Part shown: positions 52,608 through 62,316 of the stretch, one piece after another | Numbering within the stretch: position 1 is the first letter of the stretch | Layout of the letters: the number at the start of each line of letters is the position of its first letter | DNA from: Candidatus Dormiibacterota bacterium | GTDB lineage: Bacteria > Chloroflexota > Dormibacteria > Aeolococcales > Aeolococcaceae | Direction: 5' to 3' | NCBI GenBank assembly: GCA_963709585.1 | Contig: CAVPXI010000006.1 | Location: 160,001-224,000, forward strand | Length of the DNA: 64,000 bases | Position numbers and translations under genes: made by a program | The notes under the pieces: generated by a model | Seen by the model: the letters and a program-made list of their open reading frames with translations, nothing else | Told to the model about the DNA's origin: nothing | Database searches by the model: none

Positions 52608-53792
52608 TCACGGCTCCAATGCGACCAAGGCATACGCGCCTTGAGTCGCGAAGTTGAAGGTGCAGATGTAGACCCGTCCATTGGCGATCACCGCGCTCCC
52701 CGTGAACTCTCGCCCGGCGGGGCTCCCCACGCTGCCGATCCGCGCGCCCGTGCTGCTGTTGTACATGACCAGACTGCTGATCTCCGGGAAGTCGACGTAC
52801 ACAACACCGTTGGCGATGCTCGGCGCAAAGAGCTGCCCGAGTGAATCCGGCTGTGACCACACAGTGCGGCCGGTCGAGGCATTGAGAGCGAATGTGCCGG
52901 GGTAGGTGCCCAGGGCGGTGACGAAGACCAGTCCGCCGGCGACAGCGGGGGCGCTGATCGACGAACCGATTTTGTTTGAGTGCCACAGCATTGCTCCGTT
53001 GCCGGCGGAGAGCGCATACACAGCGCATCCACTCACGAGGAGGCTCGACCCCGAGACGGTCACCGCCGATTCGCCACAGCTGTCGACGAAACGCGTCCAG
53101 ACGAGTGCGCCGGTCTGAGCATTCAGTTTGTAGACATCACCAGTCCCCGGGGACCCGATGAACAGCCAGTGGCCATCGGTGCTGACCGCGGGGGTCGCCA
53201 ACGGCGGGCCGCCGGACCGTCCGCAGTGGACACATGTCTTCCACAGCATCGTGCCGGTTGTGGCGTTGATCGCGACGACCACCCCGTCCGAACCGCCCGC
53301 GAAGACGATGCCTTGATACGTGGAAGGTGGCGTCGTGTAGAGATCACTTTGCAGGCACGCGACGGTGCTTCCAGCGGTGCTGATGGCTGCGGTTCCCGGA
53401 TCATCGAGGCCGACCCAGACCTTGGCGGCCGCGAAGGCCGGGGCGGTGGTCTGCTCTCCGGTGTTGCATGCATTTCCCGTCCAGTTGATCGATCCGGTCA
53501 CGGCGTTGATCGACTGGACCGATCCGTCGGGCGACGCCGCCAGATACACCGCGCCGTTGGCCACCACGGGGTCGGGTCCGGTACCGATCGGCGTGTCGAA
53601 TGCGGGTACCAAATGGCTGACGTTGGAACGACTGAGCGTGGTTTCGAAAAGGTTGGCATTGGTGTGCTGAGCGTTGAAGCCGGCCTGCGTCCAGTTCACA
53701 CCCGATGTGGCGGCGACTGCACCGACGCTCCCCGAGAGCGAGACGATGCCGGCGACGAGCGCTGCGGCGTTCCCCAGTCTCAGACGGTTCAT
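52608..53792 (-). CDS. Secreted PQQ-like beta-propeller protein
   Basis: Signal peptide; repeated A(I/L)NAxTGxxxW blades. Confidence 0.88.
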   Translation of the reverse strand: MNRLRLGNAAALVAGIVSLSGSVGAVAATSGVNWTQAGFNAQHTNANLFETTLSRSNVSHLVPAFDTPIGTGPDPVVANGAVYLAASPDGSVQSINAVTGSINWTGNACNTGEQTTAPAFAAAKVWVGLDDPGTAAISTAGSTVACLQSDLYTTPPSTYQGIVFAGGSDGVVVAINATTGTMLWKTCVHCGRSGGPPLATPAVSTDGHWLFIGSPGTGDVYKLNAQTGALVWTRFVDSCGESAVTVSGSSLLVSGCAVYALSAGNGAMLWHSNKIGSSISAPAVAGGLVFVTALGTYPGTFALNASTGRTVWSQPDSLGQLFAPSIANGVVYVDFPEISSLVMYNSSTGARIGSVGSPAGREFTGSAVIANGRVYICTFNFATQGAYALVALEP

Positions 53793-53989
53793 CGTCCCCC
53801 CCTCCGTGACGCGATCGCTCGGGACCAGTCATCCGACGTCGTGTGAGCCCGTCCGTGGGATCGCCGCGGTGACTCGTGAGCGCAGGCTGACGGTTATCGC
53901 CGCGAATGCTACGCTCCAGCACTGGCTCGCGGCGCCGGCGCGGCCCGTCGGCCACGAGCAGTGTGACGGGACCCTTCCGAACCGCCCAT

Positions 53990-54066
53990 GCCCCGTTCGT
54001 CTAGTGGCCCAGGACACCGCCCTCTCAAGGCGGAGACCATCGGTTCGAATCCGATACGGGGTACCA
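53990..54066 (+). tRNA. tRNA-Glu(CTC)
   Basis: GCCCCGT acceptor, CCGCC-CTCTCAA-GGCGG anticodon arm, GTTCGAATC, encoded CCA. Confidence 0.95.
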
Positions 54067-54238
54067 GACTTCCGTGGCGCGTGGACATGTATCCGTGCAT
54101 CCGGCGATCCACGTTCGCGAGGTCGTCGACCGGATGCTGCGATGAAGGTCACGAGGCGCATCCGAGGCGTAACAAGATGGATGCACCTGCCGCGATTGGG
54201 CCCGTCCTGCGACTACGCTGTGGTCCTGGCGCCGCTTC

Positions 54239-54961
54239 GTGGGTGCCGAGGAGTTACCAACGTTGGACAAGCTGAAGCCGTGGCAGCGGCTCTCACGGAA
54301 ACAGTCGGGCGACGCCGGGTCGGCCGACGGGGACCATGACGGTCTGGGCAAGTGCCTGGACGGCGAATGCTCCAAGCCTGCGACCTGTCGCTGCACGTAT
54401 GTCGACCGCCGTCAGGTGAGGTGCGGCACGACCTGGTGCGATGAGCACAGCAGGATCGTCCTCGGCCTTCCATACTGCCGCCGCCACGCGACGGTTGCCC
54501 CCTCTCTGTCGAACGGCTTCTTCACCCACATGCTCCCCGACGTCGAGAACCGCGCGCCGTCCCTCGCCACCTGGGTCGGCGGCGAACTGGACACTGCGGT
54601 GCGCATCGCGCTCACCGCCGACGCCCCCCACAAGGACGCCTACGTGGTCAGCGGTGCGGTGCGTCCGGTGCGCGTCCCGGGAAGCACGATGCCCGTCTGG
54701 CTCCGCTCATGGACGCTCGTCGACAGCACGGGCGTCCTTCAGCACGTGTCCATCGAGGTCGATGAGGAGGACGATCGCGCCGTCGTGGTGCGCGTCGCCG
54801 GCGAGCCCATGGGGCGCCACCAGCCGCCGTGGATCGGCCGCCCACGCACCGAGTCGATCGAACCCGAGCTCGACGCCGCGGCGCGACAGGCGTTCCGCAT
54901 CACGGTGATGCACGACATCGAGCTCGGATTGCTGGGTGCTCGCATGGAAGTCGCTTCCTGA
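54239..54961 (+). CDS. Hypothetical protein with N-terminal Cys/His zinc finger
   Basis: CLDGEC....CRC.YVD....CGTTWCDEH......PYCRRH. Confidence 0.7.
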   Translation: MGAEELPTLDKLKPWQRLSRKQSGDAGSADGDHDGLGKCLDGECSKPATCRCTYVDRRQVRCGTTWCDEHSRIVLGLPYCRRHATVAPSLSNGFFTHMLPDVENRAPSLATWVGGELDTAVRIALTADAPHKDAYVVSGAVRPVRVPGSTMPVWLRSWTLVDSTGVLQHVSIEVDEEDDRAVVVRVAGEPMGRHQPPWIGRPRTESIEPELDAAARQAFRITVMHDIELGLLGARMEVAS

Positions 54962-54995
54962 TCTGATCCGCCTGCGGCGCTATGCTTGACGCCGC

Positions 54996-55097
54996 ATGTT
55001 TGCAACCACTGCACCCGGCCTCTCGGTGGTGATCGGCCTCCCCATCGCGTTCGTGCTGCTCGCCGCCGGAGCGTGCCTGACGCTCTTCATCCTCTGA
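54996..55097 (+). CDS. Putative 33-aa single-TM peptide
   Basis: MFATTAPGLSVVIGLPIAFVLLAAGACLTLFIL*; TATGCT -10 box upstream; below ORF-track cutoff. Confidence 0.5.
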   Translation: MFATTAPGLSVVIGLPIAFVLLAAGACLTLFIL

Positions 55098-55123
55098 ACT
55101 CGGCCGGCTCCTAGGATCGGGGC

Positions 55124-55657
55124 TCAGGCCAGCGAGACGAGCTCGACGTCGACCACCAAGGTTGCGTTGGGCGGCACATTCGCCGAGGAATTCCCGGCCG
55201 CTCCGAACCCCAGCGCCGGCGGGACGACCAGCCGCCGGGTTCCACCAACTCGCATGCCGGGCACGCCAAGTCTCCAGAACTCGAGCGTCGACGGGTTCGC
55301 GAGCTGGAGAGCATTGGCCGGCTGGTTCGCTCCCCGGGTGGTGATGATCTGCTTCCCGGTCGAGAGCCAGACCGTGAACTGGACGTTCACGTTGGCGGTG
55401 GCCTTGGCGACCGCACCGCAGCCGAGGCTCAGATCGGCGAACTGAAGCCCCGACTGGCCGGATTGGAGCGGTGTCGAACTCGCGAAGGAGTCCGAGGCCG
55501 AGACCGGACGCGGCGTGGAGCAATTGGGCGGTACCGGGGTGATGTGGCTGCTCACGGGCACCGCGTTGCCACACGCGGCGAGCGCCAGAACCGCCAGCGC
55601 GGCCCCGGCCAGAGTGCCCGCGAGACGGCGGCGCAGAGTGCCGAGGTGGTGAGGCAT
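55124..55657 (-). CDS. FKBP-type peptidyl-prolyl isomerase lipoprotein
   Basis: Lipobox LAAC; GMRVGGTRRLVVPPALGFG...VPPNATLVVDVEL. Confidence 0.9.
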   Translation of the reverse strand: MPHHLGTLRRRLAGTLAGAALAVLALAACGNAVPVSSHITPVPPNCSTPRPVSASDSFASSTPLQSGQSGLQFADLSLGCGAVAKATANVNVQFTVWLSTGKQIITTRGANQPANALQLANPSTLEFWRLGVPGMRVGGTRRLVVPPALGFGAAGNSSANVPPNATLVVDVELVSLA

Positions 55658-55727
55658 CGGCGGCGAATCGTACCCCGACGCCGCGTACAATCGAATCAGC
55701 CCATCTCTTCAAGGAGCCCCAGCAACC

Positions 55728-55925
55728 ATGGCAAACACGATCAAGGAATCCAAGGGTGTCGCCTCCCAGCGTGACATCCTCACCCACGTCCGGTGCCCGA
55801 TCTGCAACAACCTCATGCGTCAGAACGAGATCGGGGTGGAGATCGCATTCCGGCACAGCCGCCGTCCCGGAGAGCCCCGGCGCGAGCGGATCATCAAGCA
55901 CACCAAGAACTGCAAAGCCGCGTAG
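55728..55925 (+). CDS. Small basic zinc-binding protein (65 aa)
   Basis: TACAAT promoter, SD AAGGAG, CPIC...HTKNC. Confidence 0.75.
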   Translation: MANTIKESKGVASQRDILTHVRCPICNNLMRQNEIGVEIAFRHSRRPGEPRRERIIKHTKNCKAA

Positions 55926-55958
55926 GGCAGCGCTGATGCGGGCGTGGACCAGCGCGTA

Positions 55959-56609
55959 ATGGCCATCGAAGTCCCGCTGTTTCCGCTCGGCACCGTGCTC
56001 TTCCCGCACATGCCCATGTCGCTTCACATCTTTGAGGAGCGCTACAAGACGATGATGCGTGACTGCCGCAGGTCATCGACGACCTTCGGCATCGTGGCCA
56101 TCCGCTCGGGCCAGGAGACGGGCAGCGGCGCGGTCCCGTTCGAGGTCGGCACCCTGGCGCAGCTCGACGAGATCGAGGAGCTCCCGGACGGCGGGTACAA
56201 CCTCGTGGTCGTGGGAGCATCGCGCTTTCACATCGATGCGCTCAGCCACAACCGGCCGTATCTCGTCGGAACGGTTCACTACCTCCAGGACGTCCCGGCC
56301 CCGGCGGGCGACACCGAACGCCTCGCATCAGCGGTGACCTCGGCATTTCGCGGGTACGCCGGGCAGCTCCGCGGGATCGGTCAGGAAGATGCTTTCGAGT
56401 TCGGTGTGCCCACCGACCCGGAGTTGCTGTCGTATCTCGTCGCCGCCGCGATGCAGGTCGAGACCGCGCAACGGCAGCGCTTGCTCGAGATCGACGGCAC
56501 CGCAGAGCGGCTCGCGGCCTGTCTGCGCCTGCTCCGCCGTGAAGCGGCGCTCCTCGACCGCATGCTGGTTCGCTCGAAGGACCACGCCGGCACCTCCAGC
56601 CTCAACTGA
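55959..56609 (+). CDS. Lon N-terminal substrate-binding domain protein
   Basis: PLFPLGTVLFP...LHIFEERY, GASRF. Confidence 0.92.
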   Translation: MAIEVPLFPLGTVLFPHMPMSLHIFEERYKTMMRDCRRSSTTFGIVAIRSGQETGSGAVPFEVGTLAQLDEIEELPDGGYNLVVVGASRFHIDALSHNRPYLVGTVHYLQDVPAPAGDTERLASAVTSAFRGYAGQLRGIGQEDAFEFGVPTDPELLSYLVAAAMQVETAQRQRLLEIDGTAERLAACLRLLRREAALLDRMLVRSKDHAGTSSLN

Positions 56610-56611
56610 AC

Positions 56612-57379
56612 GTGACCATCGCAGAGCGGTTCTCCCTCGACGGACGCGTCGCCCTTGTCACCGGTGGGAGCCGGGGCATCGGACTGGCGATCGCCACAGC
56701 GCTCGCCGAGGCGGGGGCAACCGTCGCCCTCAACGCCCGTCATGCGGACGCGTGCGAGGCCGGGGCGGCGCAGATCATCGCCGGCGGCGGCACGGCGATC
56801 GCCGTGCCCGGACACGTCGGTGACGCCGCGACCTGCGAGGCGATGGTCGCGGGTGTGATGCTTCAAGCGGGACGGCTCGACATTCTGGTGAACAACGCCG
56901 CAACCAACCCCCAGTTCGGGCCCATCCTCGACGCAGACGAGGGGGCGATCAACAAGATCTGGGACGTCAACGTCATGGGTCCGATCCGGCTCACCCGCCA
57001 CGCGGTCGCCGCGTGGATGCGCGAGCACGGTGGCAGCGTCATCAACATGGCGTCGGTCGCGGGGATACGCCCCGAGGCCCTCACCGGCGCTTACAACGCC
57101 AGCAAGGCCGCACTCATCACGCTCACGCGTACGCTCTCGCGGGAACTGGGACCGCTCGGGATCCGGGTCAATGCGATCGCCCCGGAACTCGTCGAAACCA
57201 AGCTCGCGCGCTACCTCGTGGAAACCCCCGAGGTCCACGAGCGCATCCTTGCGCAGACCGCGCTCGGCCGCCACGCCGTTCCCGACGAGATCGCGGGCGC
57301 CGCGCTGTTCCTCGCATCGGACGCAGCGTCGTTCGTGACCGGGTCTGTCCTGGTCGTCGACGGAGGATGGAGCGCGTAG
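56612..57379 (+). CDS. SDR oxidoreductase
   Basis: TGGSRGIG, NNAATNP, YNASK. Confidence 0.94.
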   Translation: MTIAERFSLDGRVALVTGGSRGIGLAIATALAEAGATVALNARHADACEAGAAQIIAGGGTAIAVPGHVGDAATCEAMVAGVMLQAGRLDILVNNAATNPQFGPILDADEGAINKIWDVNVMGPIRLTRHAVAAWMREHGGSVINMASVAGIRPEALTGAYNASKAALITLTRTLSRELGPLGIRVNAIAPELVETKLARYLVETPEVHERILAQTALGRHAVPDEIAGAALFLASDAASFVTGSVLVVDGGWSA

Positions 57380-57447
57380 GCGAAACATTCCCATGTCGCG
57401 AATGGGAGAATCGCGAAGAGACGAGGGCACTCGGAGGGTTATCAGCA

Positions 57448-59023
57448 ATGTCGAACGACCAGGGACTCGGTTTTACGCTCAGCCGGCGGGCCGAGCTCAA
57501 TCCAGATGCCACCGCCCTCATCTTTCGCGAAGAACAGTGGACCTATGCGCAGCTCAACCAGCTCACCAACAAGCTGGCTCACGGGACTCCATGCGCTGGG
57601 TGTGAACCCCGGCGACCGGGTCGGCTTCCTCGGGCTCAACCACCCTCGCTTTCTCTTCACGCTGTTCGCGGCGGCAAAGCTCAATGCAATCTTCGTGCCG
57701 CTCAATTTCCGGCTGACGGGCCCCGAGCTCAGCTTCATCATCAGCGACGCGGGGATGCACACCCTCGTGTACGAGGAGGCGTTCGCGTCCATCGTCAACT
57801 CGATCCGTGGCGACCTGAGCGTGCAGGAATACGTCTGCGCCGTCGAGCAGAGCGGCGCGCGTGGCTTCGACTCACTGCTGCACGATCAGCGCGACACCGA
57901 GCTCGACTACCCGGTTGCGATGAGCGACGTTGCGCTGATCATGTACACCTCGGGGACGACCGGCCGTCCGAAGGGCGCGATGCTCACCCACGGCAACGTC
58001 ATCTGGAACAACATCAACGCGTTGCTCGCTGACGATGCAACCTCCCAGGAGATCACCCTCGTGGTCGCGCCGCTGTTTCACATCGGCGGGCTGAACGTCA
58101 CGCCGCTTCTCTGCTTGTTGAAGGGAGCGACCGTCGTGATGGAGCAGATGTTCGAGCCGGGCATGGTGCTCGAGAACATCGAGAAATACCGTGTGACGTC
58201 GATGTTCGGCGTGCCTGCCATGTATCTGTTCATGGCCCAGCACCCCGACTTCGCCACGCGCGATCTGAGCAGCATCCGCGTCCTGTCGTGCGGCGGCGCG
58301 CCGGTACCGGAAGCGCTGATCAAGATCTACGCTGCGCGCGGCCTCCCATTCAACCAGGGCTACGGCCTCACCGAGACAGCTCCGTTCGCATCCTTCCTTC
58401 CGTCGTCAATGGCGACACAGAAGCTCGGTTCCGCGGGCATCGCGCCGTTCTTCACCGACGTCAAGATCGTCGACGACGACGGCCACGACGTCCCCGACGG
58501 CGAGCGCGGCGAAATCGTCGTTCGCGGCCCGAACGTGATGAAGGGCTACTGGAACCGCCCCGACGCCACCGCGGAGGTACTCGTGGACGGGTGGTTCCAC
58601 ACCGGTGACGTGGGAACTCGTGACGCCGACGGCTACTTCTTCATCGTCGATCGCAAGAAGGACATGATCATCAGCGGCGGCGAGAACGTATATCCGGCCG
58701 AGATCGAGGACGCGCTCTACCGGCACCCCGGTATCAAGGAGGTCGCGGTCATCGGCGTGCAGCATGCGAGCTGGGGCGAGACGGTGCGCGCCGTGGTGGT
58801 GCGCAAGGACGGGGTGTCACTCACCGAGCAGGAGGTCATCGAGTTCTCGCAGGACAAGCTGGCTCGATACAAGCAACCCAAGTCCGTCGTCTTCGTCGAC
58901 GTGCTGCCGCGGAATCCCGCGGGAAAGGTGCTGAAGTTCGATCTCCGCGAGAAGCACGGTCAACCCATCACCGAAGCCGCGTCACCCACCGCGCCCGAGG
59001 GGGCCGCAACCACCGCGGGATGA
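57448..59023 (+). CDS. Long-chain acyl-CoA ligase, frameshift near 57584
   Basis: YTSGTTGRPKG, GYGLTE, TGD, DRKKDMIISGGENVYP; N-terminus MSNDQGLGF in another frame. Confidence 0.92.
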
Positions 59024-59033
59024 GCCCGCAGAG

Positions 59034-60986
59034 CTACGTGATGTCGATGACGAGGCGAGCGCCCGATAGGTAGTACGCGTCGAACGGCGCGTTCTTGCGC
59101 AGCGTGATCTTGAAGATCAGGCGACCGGTGTTGCGCACCATCGGGAGCGGCACCACCGACGCGACCACCTGCCCCGGCGGCATCACCGCGACGTTCGCCG
59201 CGCCGTTGACGCCGCTGAACTCGACGTACAGCGTCGTCGATCCCGCGTAGCCGATCACCGTCGCCGGGCTTCCCGTGACGGAGTTGGGGAACGCCATGTC
59301 GAAGACCAGGCGGAAGTCGTTGGGATGCTCACCGTAGCGAACGTCAGCCACCGAGAACCCGCTGCTCCCTGTGCCGAGGGTCTTGGCTCCGGTGAGTTGC
59401 TGCGGCGTCGGCGCTGCGGGGATGATGGCGGTGGGCGCGGGAGCGGGGGTCGCGACCGGGAGCGGCGCCGTCGTGGGCGGTGTGGTGGCGCGTAGCGTCG
59501 GCGTCGACCTGGGAATGTTGGAGGCGACCAGCGGGCCTGTGGTGGTCACCTGCCTGCCGATGAGCAGACCGACCAGCATCAGGAGCACTGTCACGGCGCC
59601 AAACAGCCACAGGCGCCGGTCGCGATCGGCTGCCCCGACCGCGGGACCACCGAGCGGCAGCACGTGACGACCGGTCACCGGTTGGGCCGGGTTCCACCCA
59701 CGGCGATCCGACCGCTGCGAGTGGAGGCGGCGGACGTGACGTCCCGGAACCGGTAGAGACGCCGGCTCTGCGTTGACCCCGAACTGCGTTTCGTCCCCTG
59801 GAGAATCCGCGATGTCGATCTCGGGGGTGGGCATAGGGGCGACAACGGCGCTGAGATCCTCGACCGTAGCCGCAGCCGCCGGGTCCGCTGGGATGGGCGA
59901 GCGTTCCTGTGGAGCCGCGAGGCCGGCCACCTCGTTGAGCACGTCGGCCAGCTCGAGCGGCGCCGCGGCTTCGTTCGTCTGGCCTGGGTCGTGCACCGCG
60001 GGCACGTCGGAATCCGGCGAGTCGTTCTCGACGACCGCCTCGCTCGACACCGGCTCGGCGGTGATGCGCGCCATGAACCGGTTGACTCGTTTCGATTTGA
60101 CCGGTGGCGGCGGTGAGGCCTCGACGGCTTCAGGGGCGGCTTCGGCCACGATCGGCGCGGTGTCGCTCCAATGCTGGGAGCGAGCGCGCTGATTCCATTT
60201 CGGTGCGCCCACGCCGCTGACGATCTCAACTCCCGAATCGAACTTCGACCCCGCTCCACGCCGGAGCGCGAGGCGAACCGCGAGCGCGTCGCGGAGGCGC
60301 TGGAACGCGTTCGGCCCGGCGACCAGACGCGGTGCTGCCGGCACAGGTGCCGATGTGGACAGGTCGGGTGGTTGCGGCTCGGTTGAGGCCTGGGGCGGCT
60401 GCGGCGCGCGGAACGCGGCTTCATCCCGCGGGCGAGCGTCCGGCTGCGGCTCGGCGTCGAGGTCGGCCGTCGGCTGGGGGTAGGGCATGATCATCGGTTC
60501 GGGGGCGGAAAATGCGTGCACCGGGGGCGGCGCGGGGATCGTGGTTGCGATCTGGTCGATGGTCTCGTCCCAGAGTAGGAGTTCTGGCGGATCGGCGACC
60601 GCGATGGTCGGCGAGCGTTCGCCGATCAGTTCGCGGGGCTGCGCCTGGTCGTGCCCTTTGCGCGGCGACCATGGCAACGCGGCTCCGCGTTCCGCGCCGA
60701 ACCACGGTGGAGCCTCGACTGAAGCCGGTCGGTCGTGGCGCACAGGTCCTTCGGGCAAGTCGTCCTCCTCGGCGATCAAACCGATCTGGCTGAACAGGTC
60801 GTGCACGGCGTCGTCGGGCACGTGGACGCGCGCGAGATCCCCGATGCGCCCCGATTCCTCGCGGAGGTGGCCGATCGCCGTGCGGCAACGTTCGCACGCG
60901 ACGAGGTGCGCCTCGAGCTCACCGGTCGGCTCGGGGTCGAGCTCGGCGTCGATGTAGCTGCTGAGCGCGAGGAGGCTGCACCTCAT
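59034..60986 (-). CDS. Zinc-finger (zf-HC2) anti-sigma factor-like protein with long disordered region, TM and extracellular domain
   Basis: LSSYIDAEL...HLVACERC (HxxxCxxC); TM; VRYGEHPNDFRLVFD AMIN-like C-terminus. Confidence 0.75.
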   Translation of the reverse strand: MRCSLLALSSYIDAELDPEPTGELEAHLVACERCRTAIGHLREESGRIGDLARVHVPDDAVHDLFSQIGLIAEEDDLPEGPVRHDRPASVEAPPWFGAERGAALPWSPRKGHDQAQPRELIGERSPTIAVADPPELLLWDETIDQIATTIPAPPPVHAFSAPEPMIMPYPQPTADLDAEPQPDARPRDEAAFRAPQPPQASTEPQPPDLSTSAPVPAAPRLVAGPNAFQRLRDALAVRLALRRGAGSKFDSGVEIVSGVGAPKWNQRARSQHWSDTAPIVAEAAPEAVEASPPPPVKSKRVNRFMARITAEPVSSEAVVENDSPDSDVPAVHDPGQTNEAAAPLELADVLNEVAGLAAPQERSPIPADPAAAATVEDLSAVVAPMPTPEIDIADSPGDETQFGVNAEPASLPVPGRHVRRLHSQRSDRRGWNPAQPVTGRHVLPLGGPAVGAADRDRRLWLFGAVTVLLMLVGLLIGRQVTTTGPLVASNIPRSTPTLRATTPPTTAPLPVATPAPAPTAIIPAAPTPQQLTGAKTLGTGSSGFSVADVRYGEHPNDFRLVFDMAFPNSVTGSPATVIGYAGSTTLYVEFSGVNGAANVAVMPPGQVVASVVPLPMVRNTGRLIFKITLRKNAPFDAYYLSGARLVIDIT

Positions 60987-61504
60987 AGGGCGATCTCTCG
61001 ATAGATCGAACCGAACTCCCGGCGCGCGGCCGCGACCAGCCGGGCTGCCGCCTCGGGCGAGCACTCCAGCGCCCTCGACATCTCGCTGTAGTCGAGACCG
61101 CACAGATCGCGGAGCAGCAGCGCCGCCCTTCGGTCGAATCCGAGCATGGCAAGGGCGCGCTTGACGGTGTTGATGCGACCGGCGCTGACGTCGTCGACCT
61201 CGACGCGAATCGATCCGGAGCCACGCCGGAACATCCGGCCGATGCCCTGAGGGCGGGGTGGAAAGCGCTGACCGTGCCGGCATGCGCGGGTCACCGCGCG
61301 ATAGAGGGCCGCCCGGCCGTCGACGCGCAGACGCGCGGGTGGGTAGCGGCTCGCGTGATGGATGCCGCCGGCGACGTACGCCACCGCGTCGGCCTGGTGA
61401 TTCACCAGGTGGGTGGCAAACGTGACGAGATCATCGAGCTGCTCGCGTGCGGTAGCGGCAAGCTCGCGCGCCTCGGGAGCGATGTGTGCTGAGACGTTGA
61501 TCAT
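60983..61504 (-). CDS. ECF sigma factor-like protein (region 4 clear, region 2 divergent)
   Basis: RAALLLRDLCGLDYSEMSRALECS; ATGA overlap with anti-sigma. Confidence 0.7.
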   Translation of the reverse strand: MINVSAHIAPEARELAATAREQLDDLVTFATHLVNHQADAVAYVAGGIHHASRYPPARLRVDGRAALYRAVTRACRHGQRFPPRPQGIGRMFRRGSGSIRVEVDDVSAGRINTVKRALAMLGFDRRAALLLRDLCGLDYSEMSRALECSPEAAARLVAAARREFGSIYREIAL

Positions 61505-61578
61505 GACGTTTGCGCTGTTGGGGCGCGGAGTACGGTCGAAGAATAGCCGGGACTCCGCTCTGCGGTCAAGGCGCGAGA

Positions 61579-62316
61579 TCAAGACGAAGTGTGCACCAAC
61601 TCCCCGCCGGTGATCCCGGGCGGCCGTTCGAGCCCGGCTCGAAGCCACGCGGTCGCGGGCATGCCGATGTCGGCGACCCAGATGGCGCCGGCGTGACTCG
61701 CGCCATCGCCTCCCTGCAGACCGCGCTTCATCGCGGTCAGCGTGCAGGTCAGGGTGGCCTGCACCGTCGGGTCGAACGCCTCCCCGGTCGTGGCATCCAG
61801 ACCGCTCGGAACGTCGACGCTGAGGACTGGAATCCCGGACCGGTTGAGCGTTCGGATCGCGCTCGCCTGGGGCTCGCGGGGCGCGCTGCGCAACCCGGTG
61901 CCAAGGATCGCGTCAATCACCAGTTCGGCTCCCCTCACGACGCGGCGAACGGCTGCAGGGTCCGCGTTCACCACCACGTCGACGCCGCAGGAGCGCGCCG
62001 ACACGACGTGATCGCGCACGACACCGGTCACCTGCGCCTCATCGCCGAGCACGGCCGCCCGTACCGCACATCCCCAGGTCGCGAGATGTCTCGCGGCGAC
62101 CAGTCCGTCGCCTCCGTTGTTGCCATACCCGGCGACAACGCCGACACCGGACGGCCGCCCCAGATGGCGCCACGCACACCGCGCAACCTGCCATCCGGCG
62201 ATCTCCATGAGCTGGAGCGTGGACACGCCGCACTCCGCGGCCGCGGCGTCGAGGCGCGCCACGTCCTCCGACGTCAGCTCGCCGAGCCCTCCGTCGGTCT
62301 CGGGGCTCGCGCTCAC
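61579..62316 (-). CDS. nnrE: NAD(P)H-hydrate epimerase (stand-alone YjeF_N)
   Basis: LMEIAG, GNNGGDG, DAILGTG, DVPSG, DIG. Confidence 0.92.
   Translation of the reverse strand: MSASPETDGGLGELTSEDVARLDAAAAECGVSTLQLMEIAGWQVARCAWRHLGRPSGVGVVAGYGNNGGDGLVAARHLATWGCAVRAAVLGDEAQVTGVVRDHVVSARSCGVDVVVNADPAAVRRVVRGAELVIDAILGTGLRSAPREPQASAIRTLNRSGIPVLSVDVPSGLDATTGEAFDPTVQATLTCTLTAMKRGLQGGDGASHAGAIWVADIGMPATAWLRAGLERPPGITGGELVHTSS

Noticed and set aside
50300-53989. Apparently lower-GC secreted-protein pair beside tRNA-Glu(CTC) as a genomic island
   Set aside because: It lies 5' of the tRNA, with no integrase or tRNA-end duplication seen.
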